DNA of 64,000 nucleotides, from NCBI GenBank assembly GCA_026414185.1, contig JAOAJL010000001.1, positions 545 to 64,544 on the forward strand. Direction: 5' to 3'. Below the pieces are notes generated by a model that saw only the letters and a list, made by a program, of their open reading frames with translations, did not search any database and was not told where the DNA came from. Made by a program: the position numbers and the translations under genes. Shown piece by piece: positions 9,131 through 18,052 of this stretch (positions are counted from its first letter, which is position 1; every line of letters starts with the position of its first letter). This DNA is from Candidatus Micrarchaeota archaeon (GTDB lineage Archaea > Micrarchaeota > Micrarchaeia > Anstonellales > Anstonellaceae).

Positions 9131-10030
9131 CTAAATTTTGAATTTCTCGGTTATGAAGCGCCTTGAGGGAAGGGACTGCGCGCCTTTCCGCAGGACCTTT
9201 GCCGCCGCCACCGCAGAGGCAAAGCGCACGGACTCGTAAAGGGAGCGCTTTTCCATTATGCCTGTTATGAAGCCTGCGCAAAAGGCGTCTCCCGCCCCCA
9301 GAGTATCAACCGGTTTGACGTGGAATGGCTCCACCTTGAAAGAGGATGCCTGCCGGGTTTTGACGATGGTTTCCCGGCTTCCCTGCTTTATGACTGCCAC
9401 GAGGTTGTATTTGCGCGCAAGCCGCTCCGCCTCGGACTCGTCGCGGCTTCCTGTGAGGGCGAAAAGCTCCTTCCGGTTTATTATTAGGAAATCCACGCGC
9501 GACAGCACTCTGTGAAGAGCCCTTTCTCCAAGGTGGGATGCCGCCCTGCCAGGGTCAAACGAGATTGGCAGACCTGCCTTGCTTGCTATTTTGCTTGCGG
9601 ATTCAAGAAGATGCAGGGCGCAGCCTGACATGTGCAGAAACTCCGCGCCCCGTATGTAGTCCTTGTCTATCGCCCTTCTCCTGTCTGCGACGCCGAAGTC
9701 TTCAATCACCCTGACTTCGCCTTGTGCATCTATTATTATCACCGAAAGCCCTGACATGCCCCGAAATATGCGGACCTGCGAGGTGTCCACCTTGAAGCGC
9801 CTGAGCTCTTCAAGCAGGAATTTTCCGTGCCTGTCATTGCCAACGTTGCCTACAACCCCTGCGGCTATGCCAAGCTTGCACAGATTCACTGCTATGTTTG
9901 CCGCAGATCCGCCCCCGCCTGCCTTCGGGTGCATGCGCATTACTGCGGTGTGGTCTGGCTCGGGAAACGCCTGGACGTAATTACGTATGTCATAGACTAT
10001 GTGCCCAACCGTCACCGCGCGAGGCTGCAT
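9131..10030 (-). CDS. PfkB-family carbohydrate/nucleoside kinase
   Basis: GGSAANIA, VGNDRHG, DTLGAGDAF. Confidence 0.93.
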   Translation of the reverse strand: MQPRAVTVGHIVYDIRNYVQAFPEPDHTAVMRMHPKAGGGGSAANIAVNLCKLGIAAGVVGNVGNDRHGKFLLEELRRFKVDTSQVRIFRGMSGLSVIIIDAQGEVRVIEDFGVADRRRAIDKDYIRGAEFLHMSGCALHLLESASKIASKAGLPISFDPGRAASHLGERALHRVLSRVDFLIINRKELFALTGSRDESEAERLARKYNLVAVIKQGSRETIVKTRQASSFKVEPFHVKPVDTLGAGDAFCAGFITGIMEKRSLYESVRFASAVAAAKVLRKGAQSLPSRRFITEKFKI

Positions 10031-10114
10031 GAGAGAATGTCGGGCGGGATGTTTTAAAGATTGACGGGCAAAAGGCTGGCGCAAGAAAGCTGGCTTGGCT
10101 TTTTAGTGATTTGG

Positions 10115-11095
10115 ATGGATGAGCTTGAAAGGAGGCTTCGGCAGGCGCTTGGTGAAAAATACGAAAAGGCGCTGTCGGCAAAAATTTCAATGTTCGGCGG
10201 GCTTCTGACGAAGGAGGCGGCAATCCGCCTGCTTTGCAAGGAAAACGGGATTGACGCGGAGCAGAAATTAGGGCTTGGGCAGGCGCTTAAAAGCACCCTT
10301 CCTTTCAGCTTTGCGGCAAAGATTGACAGGATATTTCCGGTCCAGAAATACCGCAACGGTGCCGGTTGCCTAGTCAGATTGCATATTTCAGATGAAACAG
10401 GCTCTGCCGTGCTGGTGCTTTGGAACGAGCAGGCTGCGCTTGTCCAGGGGAAGATAGCCGCAGGCGATACTGTTGAATGCAGCGGGGCTTATGTGAAAGG
10501 GGGAGAAATCCACATAGGGAGGGGCGGCTCAATAAGGAAAATCCAAAGCGCGCCTCTGCGCAGTGTCTCACAGCTCAGCGCAGGATTGTGCAACGTCGTC
10601 GGGGTGGTTGGGGAGATTGAGCCTGACTACGCATACATAGACAAAAAAAGCGGCAGGCAGAGGAAAATGTCCTCGTTTCTGCTGTGCGAAAGCGCAGGGA
10701 AAAAGGAGTGCAGGCGGGTGGTGATATGGTCCGCCCCGGAAGGCACGCCTGGAATCTTTGAGGGCGACTATCTTCTTCTTGAAAATGTTCTTTTCAAAAA
10801 CGGCGAGCTGCATTTCAACTTCGGCTCGCGGATGGTTGTCTTGAGCTCGCCTTCTGAGTTCTGCGGGCGCGTTGAATCCTTTCTGGCAAAGGGAGATAGT
10901 GTTGAGATGAGGGTTGGCAAAAGGGACTTTTTGCTTGATGAAAGCTCTGCGCTTCGCCTTCTTGGAATCCGAGCTGTTGAGGGGGCAAAGCCATCCACCC
11001 TCCTTTCAATTAAGGGCGGCTATCTCGTAGGCAAAAAGGTGAAAATAAGGCTGGAAAATGACTTTCCGGCAGAGCTTTCGCTGGAGAAAGGCTGA
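10115..11095 (+). CDS. Replication protein A-like OB-fold ssDNA-binding protein
   Basis: N-terminal GGLLTKEAA helical domain; ISDETG...LVLWNEQA OB fold; a second OB fold follows. Confidence 0.8.
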   Translation: MDELERRLRQALGEKYEKALSAKISMFGGLLTKEAAIRLLCKENGIDAEQKLGLGQALKSTLPFSFAAKIDRIFPVQKYRNGAGCLVRLHISDETGSAVLVLWNEQAALVQGKIAAGDTVECSGAYVKGGEIHIGRGGSIRKIQSAPLRSVSQLSAGLCNVVGVVGEIEPDYAYIDKKSGRQRKMSSFLLCESAGKKECRRVVIWSAPEGTPGIFEGDYLLLENVLFKNGELHFNFGSRMVVLSSPSEFCGRVESFLAKGDSVEMRVGKRDFLLDESSALRLLGIRAVEGAKPSTLLSIKGGYLVGKKVKIRLENDFPAELSLEKG

Positions 11096-11121
11096 AAAAA
11101 GAAAAGAAGAGAAAACACGGC

Positions 11122-11574
11122 TCAGGAGTACTTGCCCACGAGGTTCTTTGCGCCGTAGAATGTGGTGTTGATGCCTGCCGGTGTTGTATAGGTTATGGAA
11201 ACGTTCAGGTCGTATATTGAGCCTGCGGCTCCTCCTGGCGCATTTGCATAGAAGACCTTTGTTTCGCCTGGGGCGACGGTAGTGGAATATGGAGTGTAGT
11301 TGTTGAAGATGCGGATGTCTGTTATTGTGTAAGTGCCTGAGGCATCATTGTTCTGGATGACGAGAGTGGCGTTACCTGTTGCGCCGACAACCCTGTATTC
11401 CTGTATTGAAAGCGGCCTTACCTCTTTCCAGTAAGAAACCGACTGCGTTATCTTGGCGTCAGTGGCAAGCCCGGGAAAGAACCCAAGCAGGGCGATTGAG
11501 ACCAAAGCCACAATCAGCACCACTGCCAGCAGAACAAGATATTCTGTTGCGCCTTGCCCTTTCATGAATCCCAT
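11122..11574 (-). CDS. Type IV pilin-like protein (class III signal peptide)
   Basis: MKG|QGATEYLVLLAVVLIVALVSIALL. Confidence 0.9.
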   Translation of the reverse strand: MGFMKGQGATEYLVLLAVVLIVALVSIALLGFFPGLATDAKITQSVSYWKEVRPLSIQEYRVVGATGNATLVIQNNDASGTYTITDIRIFNNYTPYSTTVAPGETKVFYANAPGGAAGSIYDLNVSITYTTPAGINTTFYGAKNLVGKYS

Positions 11575-12063
11575 CAAAATCCCTCCTTATGTGTATTTTC
11601 CTACGAGGTTCTTTGAAGCGTAGAATGTCATGTTAATTCCAGTAGGCGTGGTGTAAGATATGTTCACTGGAAAATCGTATACCGACCCTGCCGAACCGGT
11701 GGTTAGACCTGAAAGTGGAAGGGACTTTATCTCCCCGGGGGCAAACGAAACCCCTGTTGTGCTGTTTGACCAGTAGCCCTGAGGCCCGATTTGGAGCTTT
11801 GTAATTGAATATGTGCCTGAGGCATCCACATTCTGCACCACTGCGGTTCCTGCACCACTTGAGCCGATTACCGTGTATTCCAGGATGGCAAACGGTCTTG
11901 TTCCCTTCCAGTAGGATGCAGACTGCGTTATTTTCGCGTCAAGAGCAATCCCGGGGAAGAACCCAAGCAGGGCGATTGAGACCAAAGCCACAATCAGCAC
12001 CACTGCCAGCAGAACAAGATACTCTGTTGCGCCTTGCCCTTTCATGAATCCCATCAAAATCCC
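11471..12063. repeat. 113-bp direct repeat (11471-11583 / 11951-12063) covering the pilin 5' ends
   Basis: Two mismatches in 113 bp, period 480 bp. Confidence 0.92.
11587..12054 (-). CDS. Type IV pilin-like protein, tandem paralog
   Basis: N-terminus identical to the neighbour; same C-terminal KNLVGKY. Confidence 0.9.
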   Translation of the reverse strand: MGFMKGQGATEYLVLLAVVLIVALVSIALLGFFPGIALDAKITQSASYWKGTRPFAILEYTVIGSSGAGTAVVQNVDASGTYSITKLQIGPQGYWSNSTTGVSFAPGEIKSLPLSGLTTGSAGSVYDFPVNISYTTPTGINMTFYASKNLVGKYT

Positions 12064-12180
12064 CCCGCAAGCAATTGCCTGCTTAGGTCGCTACAGACAC
12101 AAAACGAATGGGGCATATAAAAAGGTTTCTCTTCCTTTCTCAAACAAAGCGTTAAAAGGGATTGATGCGACGTGGTTGCC

Positions 12181-13455
12181 ATGCGGGTGATTTTTGCAGC
12201 TTTGGCTTGTGCTCTGCTTCTTTTTTCCAGCCTGTTGCAGGCGGGCTACACCGAGCGGCTGACTGTGCAGGTTTTTGACCAGCAGCTTCGGCCTGTTGAG
12301 GGAGCAGCAGTCTATGTGGAGCATGAGCTGAACTCTGTGCAGGGAAACGTCAAGACAAAGCCGAAATTCACCAATTCATCCGGGCTTGTGGATTTGGTGT
12401 TCACGAACTACGAGCAGATACCCTCCGAGACCTCATACAGCTACAAGCTTTATGTCAAGTACGGCGACCAGCTCAAAACGTATTCTCTTATTGCGGATGA
12501 TGACTTTGAGAGGCAGAAGGTGGTAAGCGCAGAGGTTGTTTCCTACTTTGTGCTGATAAGCGTCCATGACCAGAAGGGCGCTCCCCTTGATGCGCTTGTC
12601 CAGGTTGGAGATGCAGTAAAAAAGACTGACGAGTATGGAAGGGCGCTTTTCCAGCTTGCCCCCGGCAACTACGACATACGCGTTGAGCAAGACGGGCATC
12701 TTGTCACAAGCGCAGTTAAGGCAGACATGGACCGCTCCGTTGACTTGACAATAGGGCTTTACAACCTGAGGGTGTCTGTCAGGGATGACCAGCGCAAGCC
12801 TCTTTTGGCAAGCGTGAGCGCGGGTGGGCAGACCGTCAAGACCGACAAGGATGGTGTTGCGGATTTCTACAACCTCACCGAGCAGAAGCCCGAGGTGACA
12901 GTGGTCTATCGCGATTCAATAAAGCGCATAGCTGTTGATCTTGCGCGCCAGAATTCCGTTGAATTCACGTTTGACTTGGTGAAGCCGAAGGTGAAGGAGC
13001 TTCATGCCGTCGTCGGTGCTGATGGCGGGGCGACAGTGGGCGTTTTCGTGGAAGACCCCGGCTCTTCCGCCTCTGGCATAGACACTGTCTTGGTTTCCTA
13101 TGACGTTGGCGGTGTGGAAAGCAGGGTGCCTGCCTATGCTGCTGGCTACAACACTTTTGAGGCAAGGATTCCGCCGCAGCCGGAAGGGACGCTTGTCCGC
13201 TACAGCGTCAAGGTGGTGGACAAGGACGGCAACGTGGGCTTCGGAAGCGGCACCTATTTCATCCCGATTTCAAAAAAGGAGGAGGCTGAAGCGCCGCAGC
13301 CGCAAAAACAGGAAGGGTTTGAGCTCTCAAAAGTTCCGCTGGAAACGCTTCTTTTGGGAATCGTCTTCGTGGTGGCGGTTGCCTATGGCGCAATTTATTA
13401 CCTGCGGAAGAAAGACGAGGCAATGCCGCCGCAGCCGCCATCCATCCCCAAGTAG
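12181..13455 (+). CDS. Secreted, membrane-anchored protein with carboxypeptidase-regulatory-like (beta-sandwich) repeats
   Basis: Signal peptide; V.V.D....PL.A.V...TD..G.A.F repeats; C-terminal TM. Confidence 0.75.
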   Translation: MRVIFAALACALLLFSSLLQAGYTERLTVQVFDQQLRPVEGAAVYVEHELNSVQGNVKTKPKFTNSSGLVDLVFTNYEQIPSETSYSYKLYVKYGDQLKTYSLIADDDFERQKVVSAEVVSYFVLISVHDQKGAPLDALVQVGDAVKKTDEYGRALFQLAPGNYDIRVEQDGHLVTSAVKADMDRSVDLTIGLYNLRVSVRDDQRKPLLASVSAGGQTVKTDKDGVADFYNLTEQKPEVTVVYRDSIKRIAVDLARQNSVEFTFDLVKPKVKELHAVVGADGGATVGVFVEDPGSSASGIDTVLVSYDVGGVESRVPAYAAGYNTFEARIPPQPEGTLVRYSVKVVDKDGNVGFGSGTYFIPISKKEEAEAPQPQKQEGFELSKVPLETLLLGIVFVVAVAYGAIYYLRKKDEAMPPQPPSIPK

Positions 13456-13503
13456 GCTTGCGGTCCCGCCATTCTAATATTTCTTTTGCTTCCAAACTTT
13501 TTT

Positions 13504-13669
13504 GCAGAGGTGGCGGAGCCAGGTTAAACGCGCCAGACTCAAGACACCGCGCCCGGCATCTTCATGAGCACGGGCAGGCATGTTGGGAAATCCCGCATTG
13601 CTTTTTGCAATTGCGCAATAAGCAATCTGGTGGCTTAGGCCTTCGGGAGTTCGAATCTCCCCCTCTGCA
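13504..13669 (+). tRNA. tRNA-Leu(CAA) with an 81-nt intron at 37/38 (13544-13624)
   Basis: Acceptor GCAGAGG/CCTCTGC, anticodon stem CCAGA/TCTGG, loop CT-CAA-G|A, long variable arm, GTTCGAATC T-loop; CCA not encoded. Confidence 0.93.
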
Positions 13670-14278
13670 CTATTTCCTTGCGACTTTCAGGAAATTTGCG
13701 TAAATTTCGCTTCCGTATTCCGTGTGCTCCACTTCCGGATGGAAAAGGCAGCCGTAGATCGGGCGCGAAAGGGACTTGAAAGCGTGATTGGAGCAGTCCT
13801 TGCTGTGCGCAAGAACGCGAAAGCCCGGGGTGTCAACCACCTCGTCGTTGTGCGAAGCCCAGACTGTGAAGCGGTCGGGTAGCCCTTCAAAAAGCTCGTT
13901 GTGCTCATCCACAAAAAGCTCCACCTTCCCAAACTCTGCCCCACGGGCAGGCCTGGCTTTGCCGCCAAAATGCATGCCTATGAACTGCTGCCCCGCGCAG
14001 ATGCCCATTATCGGACCTTCAAAGCTATCTATGAACTTTGCGGCGTTGCCGATTTTTTTCGTGTCGCCCAATCCTATGCGGATCGCCCCTCCTGAAAAAA
14101 CAAGCGCGTCTGCCTTCAGCACTTCTTTGACAGGCGTGCTGACTGGGATTATCTGCGAGTGCGCATCCAGGTATTTTAGTGTCCTGTGTATCCGGTGCGT
14201 CCATTGCGAGCCGAAATCCACTATGAGAACTTCCATGGGAACGACCGCCTCGGGCTTTTTTGCAGCCTTCACTCCCAC
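13670..14278 (-). CDS. guaAA: GMP synthase glutamine amidotransferase subunit A
   Basis: DFGSQWT, GICAGQQ catalytic Cys, FHPEV. Confidence 0.93.
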   Translation of the reverse strand: MGVKAAKKPEAVVPMEVLIVDFGSQWTHRIHRTLKYLDAHSQIIPVSTPVKEVLKADALVFSGGAIRIGLGDTKKIGNAAKFIDSFEGPIMGICAGQQFIGMHFGGKARPARGAEFGKVELFVDEHNELFEGLPDRFTVWASHNDEVVDTPGFRVLAHSKDCSNHAFKSLSRPIYGCLFHPEVEHTEYGSEIYANFLKVARK

Positions 14279-15231
14279 TCAATGGTGCCGGGGGGCTTGG
14301 ATGTCATGTCATAAACCACTCTGTTGACGTGCTCTTTCAGCTCGCGCGTTATGCGCTCTGAGATGCGCTCCAGCACCTCAGGAGGAATCCTGCTTGCCTT
14401 GGCGGTCATGCCGTCTACGCTTTCCACCGCCCTCACAGCGACCGTCCAGCCGTATGCGCGCCTGTCTCCGAGCACGCCGACGCTTTTGATTGGCAGAAGA
14501 ACGGCAAAATACTGCCAGGGAAGTCCCATCTTTCCCTGCCTCCATGATGCGCAAATCTCCTCCTCAACTATCGCGCACGCCTCGCGCACCACCTCTGCCT
14601 TCTCTTCCGTCACCTCCCCCATGATGCGGACGGCAAGCCCTGGTCCTGGAAAGGGCTGCCGCTCTGAAAGCTCCTTTGGAAGCCCAAGAACGCGCGCGAC
14701 CTGCCGCACTTCGTCCTTGTAAAGCTCCCGCAGGGGCTCGCAAAGGCGCATGCCCATCTTCTTTGGAAGCCCGCCGACGTTGTGGTGGCTTTTTATGGTA
14801 TCGCGCAAGCCTGAGCCGGACTCAATCCAGTCCGGCGCGATTGTGCCTTGCACGAGGAACTTGCAGCCGCGCTTTTTTGCGATGGACTCAAAGACTGATA
14901 TGAACTCCTTTCCTATCGCCTTCCTTTTTCTTTCAGGCTCATGCAAGCCGCGCAGGGCTGAGAAGAATCTTTTGCGCGCATCAACGACCTCAACTCCGAC
15001 CCCGGCTTTTTTGAGGGCAAGGCTAACAAACTGAGCCTCGCCCTTTCTCATAAGCCCTGTGTCAACAAACACCGCGTGCGCCCTCTTCCCAATCGCCTTT
15101 GCGCAGAGGGCAGCCGCCACCGAGGAATCCACGCCCCCAGAAACCCCGACTATCGCCTTGCCTTTTCCGACTGTGGAGGAGATGAAATCCGTCGCCTCTG
15201 CAACGAAACGGTTCGGGTCAAATGGCACCAA
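14269..15231 (-). CDS. guaAB: GMP synthase ATP-pyrophosphatase subunit B
   Basis: SGGVDSS, IKSHHNVGGLP, QPFPGPGLAVR, KPPGTIEWE. Confidence 0.97.
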   Translation of the reverse strand: MVPFDPNRFVAEATDFISSTVGKGKAIVGVSGGVDSSVAAALCAKAIGKRAHAVFVDTGLMRKGEAQFVSLALKKAGVGVEVVDARKRFFSALRGLHEPERKRKAIGKEFISVFESIAKKRGCKFLVQGTIAPDWIESGSGLRDTIKSHHNVGGLPKKMGMRLCEPLRELYKDEVRQVARVLGLPKELSERQPFPGPGLAVRIMGEVTEEKAEVVREACAIVEEEICASWRQGKMGLPWQYFAVLLPIKSVGVLGDRRAYGWTVAVRAVESVDGMTAKASRIPPEVLERISERITRELKEHVNRVVYDMTSKPPGTIEWE

Positions 15232-15243
15232 AACACGCTCCTT

Positions 15244-16317
15244 TCAGCTTTTGTGCTTCTTTTTGCGCTTCTTTGCGCCGCCCCCGCGCCGTAGCAAGAT
15301 GGCGGCTGCTGCGACAAGCAGGCTGACAAGCAGGGCGCCGCCCGCAATCCAGAGAATCCCAAGCTGGAGATTGTCTTGGGGCGCCCCTCTCTGCTCTTGC
15401 GGCAGCTGCGCTGGCGGCTGCTGCTGCGGCTCAGCAAAATCCGGTTTTTTCCCTTCTTCCTGCTTCGGTTGCGCGGTGGGGAGCGGAACTATTGTCTTTG
15501 ATGAGGCGTTCAGGTATGTGAAGATGTATTCGCCGCCTTCTGCGGCATTCAGCCTTGCCCTGCCTTGGCTGTCCGTCACAAGCTCAACCCTGCCTGATGG
15601 CGTGCTTGCCACCACCGTGGCGCTTGCCACTGGCGCGCCGCCCTGCGTGAGCAGAACCTCAATCAGCGACTTGAGGCTGGCTTGCGCAGGCGAGGAGAGG
15701 ATGGGCGGCTGGGGCGGGGCTTCCTTCTGCGGCTCCAGCGCCACATCAAGCTGCAGCGGCTCTGCGGCAAGCAGATTGGCTTTGAGGCTCTTGTTCTGAA
15801 AGCCTGGCGCAAAGAACACTATGTCATAGTCGCCTTCCGGGAGGAAGGAAAGGGTGTAAAGCCCATCTTTGTTTGCGGATGCGCGCCTTTGGACAAGCCC
15901 GCCTTTGTAGGCTGCGACGGAAACGTTGTAAAAGTTAGGCGGACCGCTTATCTGCCCGAAGACCGTGGAGTGTGAAATTGACTGCGACATCGTCAGAAGG
16001 ACGCTTGAGTCCTCCCTTACTTCAACAAGGGCGACGTGCAGGGGGTATGGGTAGCGGCGCAGGAGGACAAAATAGCTTCCTGATGTGACGTTAAAGCGCG
16101 CCTCGCCGGAGGAATTTGCCTTAATCATGGCAATCTCCACGCCGTTGCTCATGATGGAGATGTTCGTGCCGACGGCGGCAGTATCCTGCGTCACAGTAAC
16201 CTTGACATTCAGGATATAGGCATGCGCTTGAGGCAGGCTGGCTGCAAGCAACAAAAAGAGCGCGGCAAACAGGCGGCTTCTCACAATCATCACCATAGAG
16301 GGTTGGCATGCAAGCAA
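15244..16317 (-). CDS. Membrane-anchored carboxypeptidase-regulatory-like domain surface protein
   Basis: Signal peptide, beta-sandwich repeats (ANKDGLYTLSFLPEGDY), P/Q linker, TM and basic tail; start uncertain. Confidence 0.7.
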   Translation of the reverse strand: MLACQPSMVMIVRSRLFAALFLLLAASLPQAHAYILNVKVTVTQDTAAVGTNISIMSNGVEIAMIKANSSGEARFNVTSGSYFVLLRRYPYPLHVALVEVREDSSVLLTMSQSISHSTVFGQISGPPNFYNVSVAAYKGGLVQRRASANKDGLYTLSFLPEGDYDIVFFAPGFQNKSLKANLLAAEPLQLDVALEPQKEAPPQPPILSSPAQASLKSLIEVLLTQGGAPVASATVVASTPSGRVELVTDSQGRARLNAAEGGEYIFTYLNASSKTIVPLPTAQPKQEEGKKPDFAEPQQQPPAQLPQEQRGAPQDNLQLGILWIAGGALLVSLLVAAAAILLRRGGGAKKRKKKHKS

Positions 16318-16330
16318 TAAAAAGATGCCA

Positions 16331-16714
16331 TCAGCGCCAGCATCTCAGCGTGGCTTTTCTTGCCCCAAGCCCGTCATACACTGGAAACGAAAGTGCGACT
16401 GTCTGGCTTTCGGCGTCTGTTTCGCAGGAGGCGCTTTTTTCTGCCCCGTATTCTGCGGCAAAGCACAAGCCCGAAAGCTGCCGGAAGTCATTCAAGTCAG
16501 AATCAAGGGAGCCTGACGAAAAGGAGCGCATCTTTGAGAGGGCGACTGCCGCGTCCGCGCAAAGATAAAAGTCGCCGTCTTTTTGTGGCTGGGGGGAGAA
16601 CGCTTGCAGTGAGGCTGCCGCGGCAAGTAGCAGAATGAATGCTGTTGCTGCCTCAAGGGTCATGAGAAATCCGCTTTTCGCGCTTGCCGTCTTTTTTCTT
16701 TCTTGCCTGCTCAT
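16331..16714 (-). CDS. Pilin-like protein (class III signal peptide)
   Basis: KSG|FLMTLEA then a hydrophobic helix; C-terminal TLRCW. Confidence 0.7.
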   Translation of the reverse strand: MSRQERKKTASAKSGFLMTLEAATAFILLLAAAASLQAFSPQPQKDGDFYLCADAAVALSKMRSFSSGSLDSDLNDFRQLSGLCFAAEYGAEKSASCETDAESQTVALSFPVYDGLGARKATLRCWR

Positions 16715-17169
16715 GAGACGCACACCTCAACCAAAACTGGCTTTTGAAAGGCAATCCCAATCCTGCTTGCACAGAAGACCTGCGCGCCCTTCTGGCCGCT
16801 TTCGGCGGAGAAAATCTCGCCTTGGGCGCCGGTTATCCTTGCGCTTGCGAACTTCAGCCCGAGGCGGGTGCGCAGGCTTTCCAGGTCCTGGCTGGAAATG
16901 CGGTTCAAGTCAAGCTCCCCGCGGCTTACAAAAGAGCCGCCCCACTGCCCGCCAAGAACCGCCCATCTTTCCTCAAGAAGATGCGAAGACAGCCTGATGG
17001 CAAGGGAGCTTTTTGAGCAGTCCTGCGCCGCACGGGAGGCGGAATCGGCGGACGCTGAGAGAAGAAGCGCAAAAAGGGAGTAGGCAATGACTGCGCAAAG
17101 TAGGGCAAATGCCGCATCGGCAGAGAAAAATGCGCGCTTAGATTGGCTCGTATGCCTTTGCCTGCACAT
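16711..17169 (-). CDS. Pilin-like protein (class III signal peptide)
   Basis: KRA|FFSADA then a hydrophobic helix; C-terminal VEVCVS. Confidence 0.7.
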   Translation of the reverse strand: MCRQRHTSQSKRAFFSADAAFALLCAVIAYSLFALLLSASADSASRAAQDCSKSSLAIRLSSHLLEERWAVLGGQWGGSFVSRGELDLNRISSQDLESLRTRLGLKFASARITGAQGEIFSAESGQKGAQVFCASRIGIAFQKPVLVEVCVS

Positions 17170-17509
17170 ATATTTTCCCCTCGTGGGCAGAGGAAACGTT
17201 GTGGAAAACCGGTTCGCACAAGGAGGGCTGGAGTGGGGGATGGATGCACGAGCCGTCCGGTGAGGCAGCCGCCTTCCAATCCCAACTCATCGGCACCGCA
17301 GAAGCGCACCACCCTTGCTCATCAATGGCGGATGCCGCGCTTGCCAGAAGCATGCGAGAAGATGAGGAGCGCGCCTGGAGAAGAAACTCGGAGGAGAGGC
17401 GCTGGGCGGAAAACACCAATATGGCGAGGGCGGACAGGAGAAACCCTGCGGCAAGCAGAGCCTCAAAGGAAGACTGCCCCCTGCTTGAGCCTGCCTTGTT
17501 TCCCTGCAT
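17138..17509 (-). CDS. Pilin-like protein (class III signal peptide)
   Basis: RG|QSSFEALL; start overlaps the upstream stop (TGATG). Confidence 0.7.
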   Translation of the reverse strand: MQGNKAGSSRGQSSFEALLAAGFLLSALAILVFSAQRLSSEFLLQARSSSSRMLLASAASAIDEQGWCASAVPMSWDWKAAASPDGSCIHPPLQPSLCEPVFHNVSSAHEGKIYVQAKAYEPI

Positions 17510-18045
17510 CAGAAATCCACCTCGTAGGAGGAAGGGATGATGGCTGCCCTTCCGATTCCAAGCTGGGCGGAGTAGAATGAAAAGCCGAGATTGGAAAAAT
17601 GGAGCTTTCTTGACTGCAAATCTGCCAGGAAAGACTGCTGGCAGGAAAGAAGCGAGAGGGCTTCGGCTCCGCTTGGTGGGCTCGCCCTGCGCTCTTTCAT
17701 CATCCGCTCCGCCGAAGCAGACCGCTCCTCCTCGCTTGGGGAGCCGCACCAGAAAATAACATCAAAACCCTCCTTGCGCATCTGCTCCTGCAGAGCATTT
17801 GCCTGCATATGCAAGGCGAGCTGGACTTCAACTGCCCCTTCCGGCTTGCGGGTTGCAGCTGCGGCGGCTGATGCGGCGTTTGCGCAGGCGGCATAAAAAG
17901 ACTGCTTTATCCCAGTTTCTTGCACGCCAAAAGCCCTGATGAGCCTGTGCTCTCCGCTGTGCGAAACGCTTGACATGACCGATGCTGCCGCCACAAAGGC
18001 AAGAAGGAAGACTGCCCCCAGCACGAATGCCATGAACCCCTTCAT
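17509..18045 (-). CDS. Pilin-like protein (class III signal peptide)
   Basis: MKG|FMAFVLGAVFLL. Confidence 0.6.
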   Translation of the reverse strand: MKGFMAFVLGAVFLLAFVAAASVMSSVSHSGEHRLIRAFGVQETGIKQSFYAACANAASAAAAATRKPEGAVEVQLALHMQANALQEQMRKEGFDVIFWCGSPSEEERSASAERMMKERRASPPSGAEALSLLSCQQSFLADLQSRKLHFSNLGFSFYSAQLGIGRAAIIPSSYEVDF

Positions 18046-18052
18046 CGCAAAC

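Noticed and set aside
13544..13624. C/D box guide RNA inside the tRNA intron
   Set aside because: No RTGATGA or CTGA boxes.
13456..13700. tRNA as an integration site of a mobile element
   Set aside because: No integrase and no duplicated tRNA 3' end seen; the tRNA directly abuts the guaAA stop.
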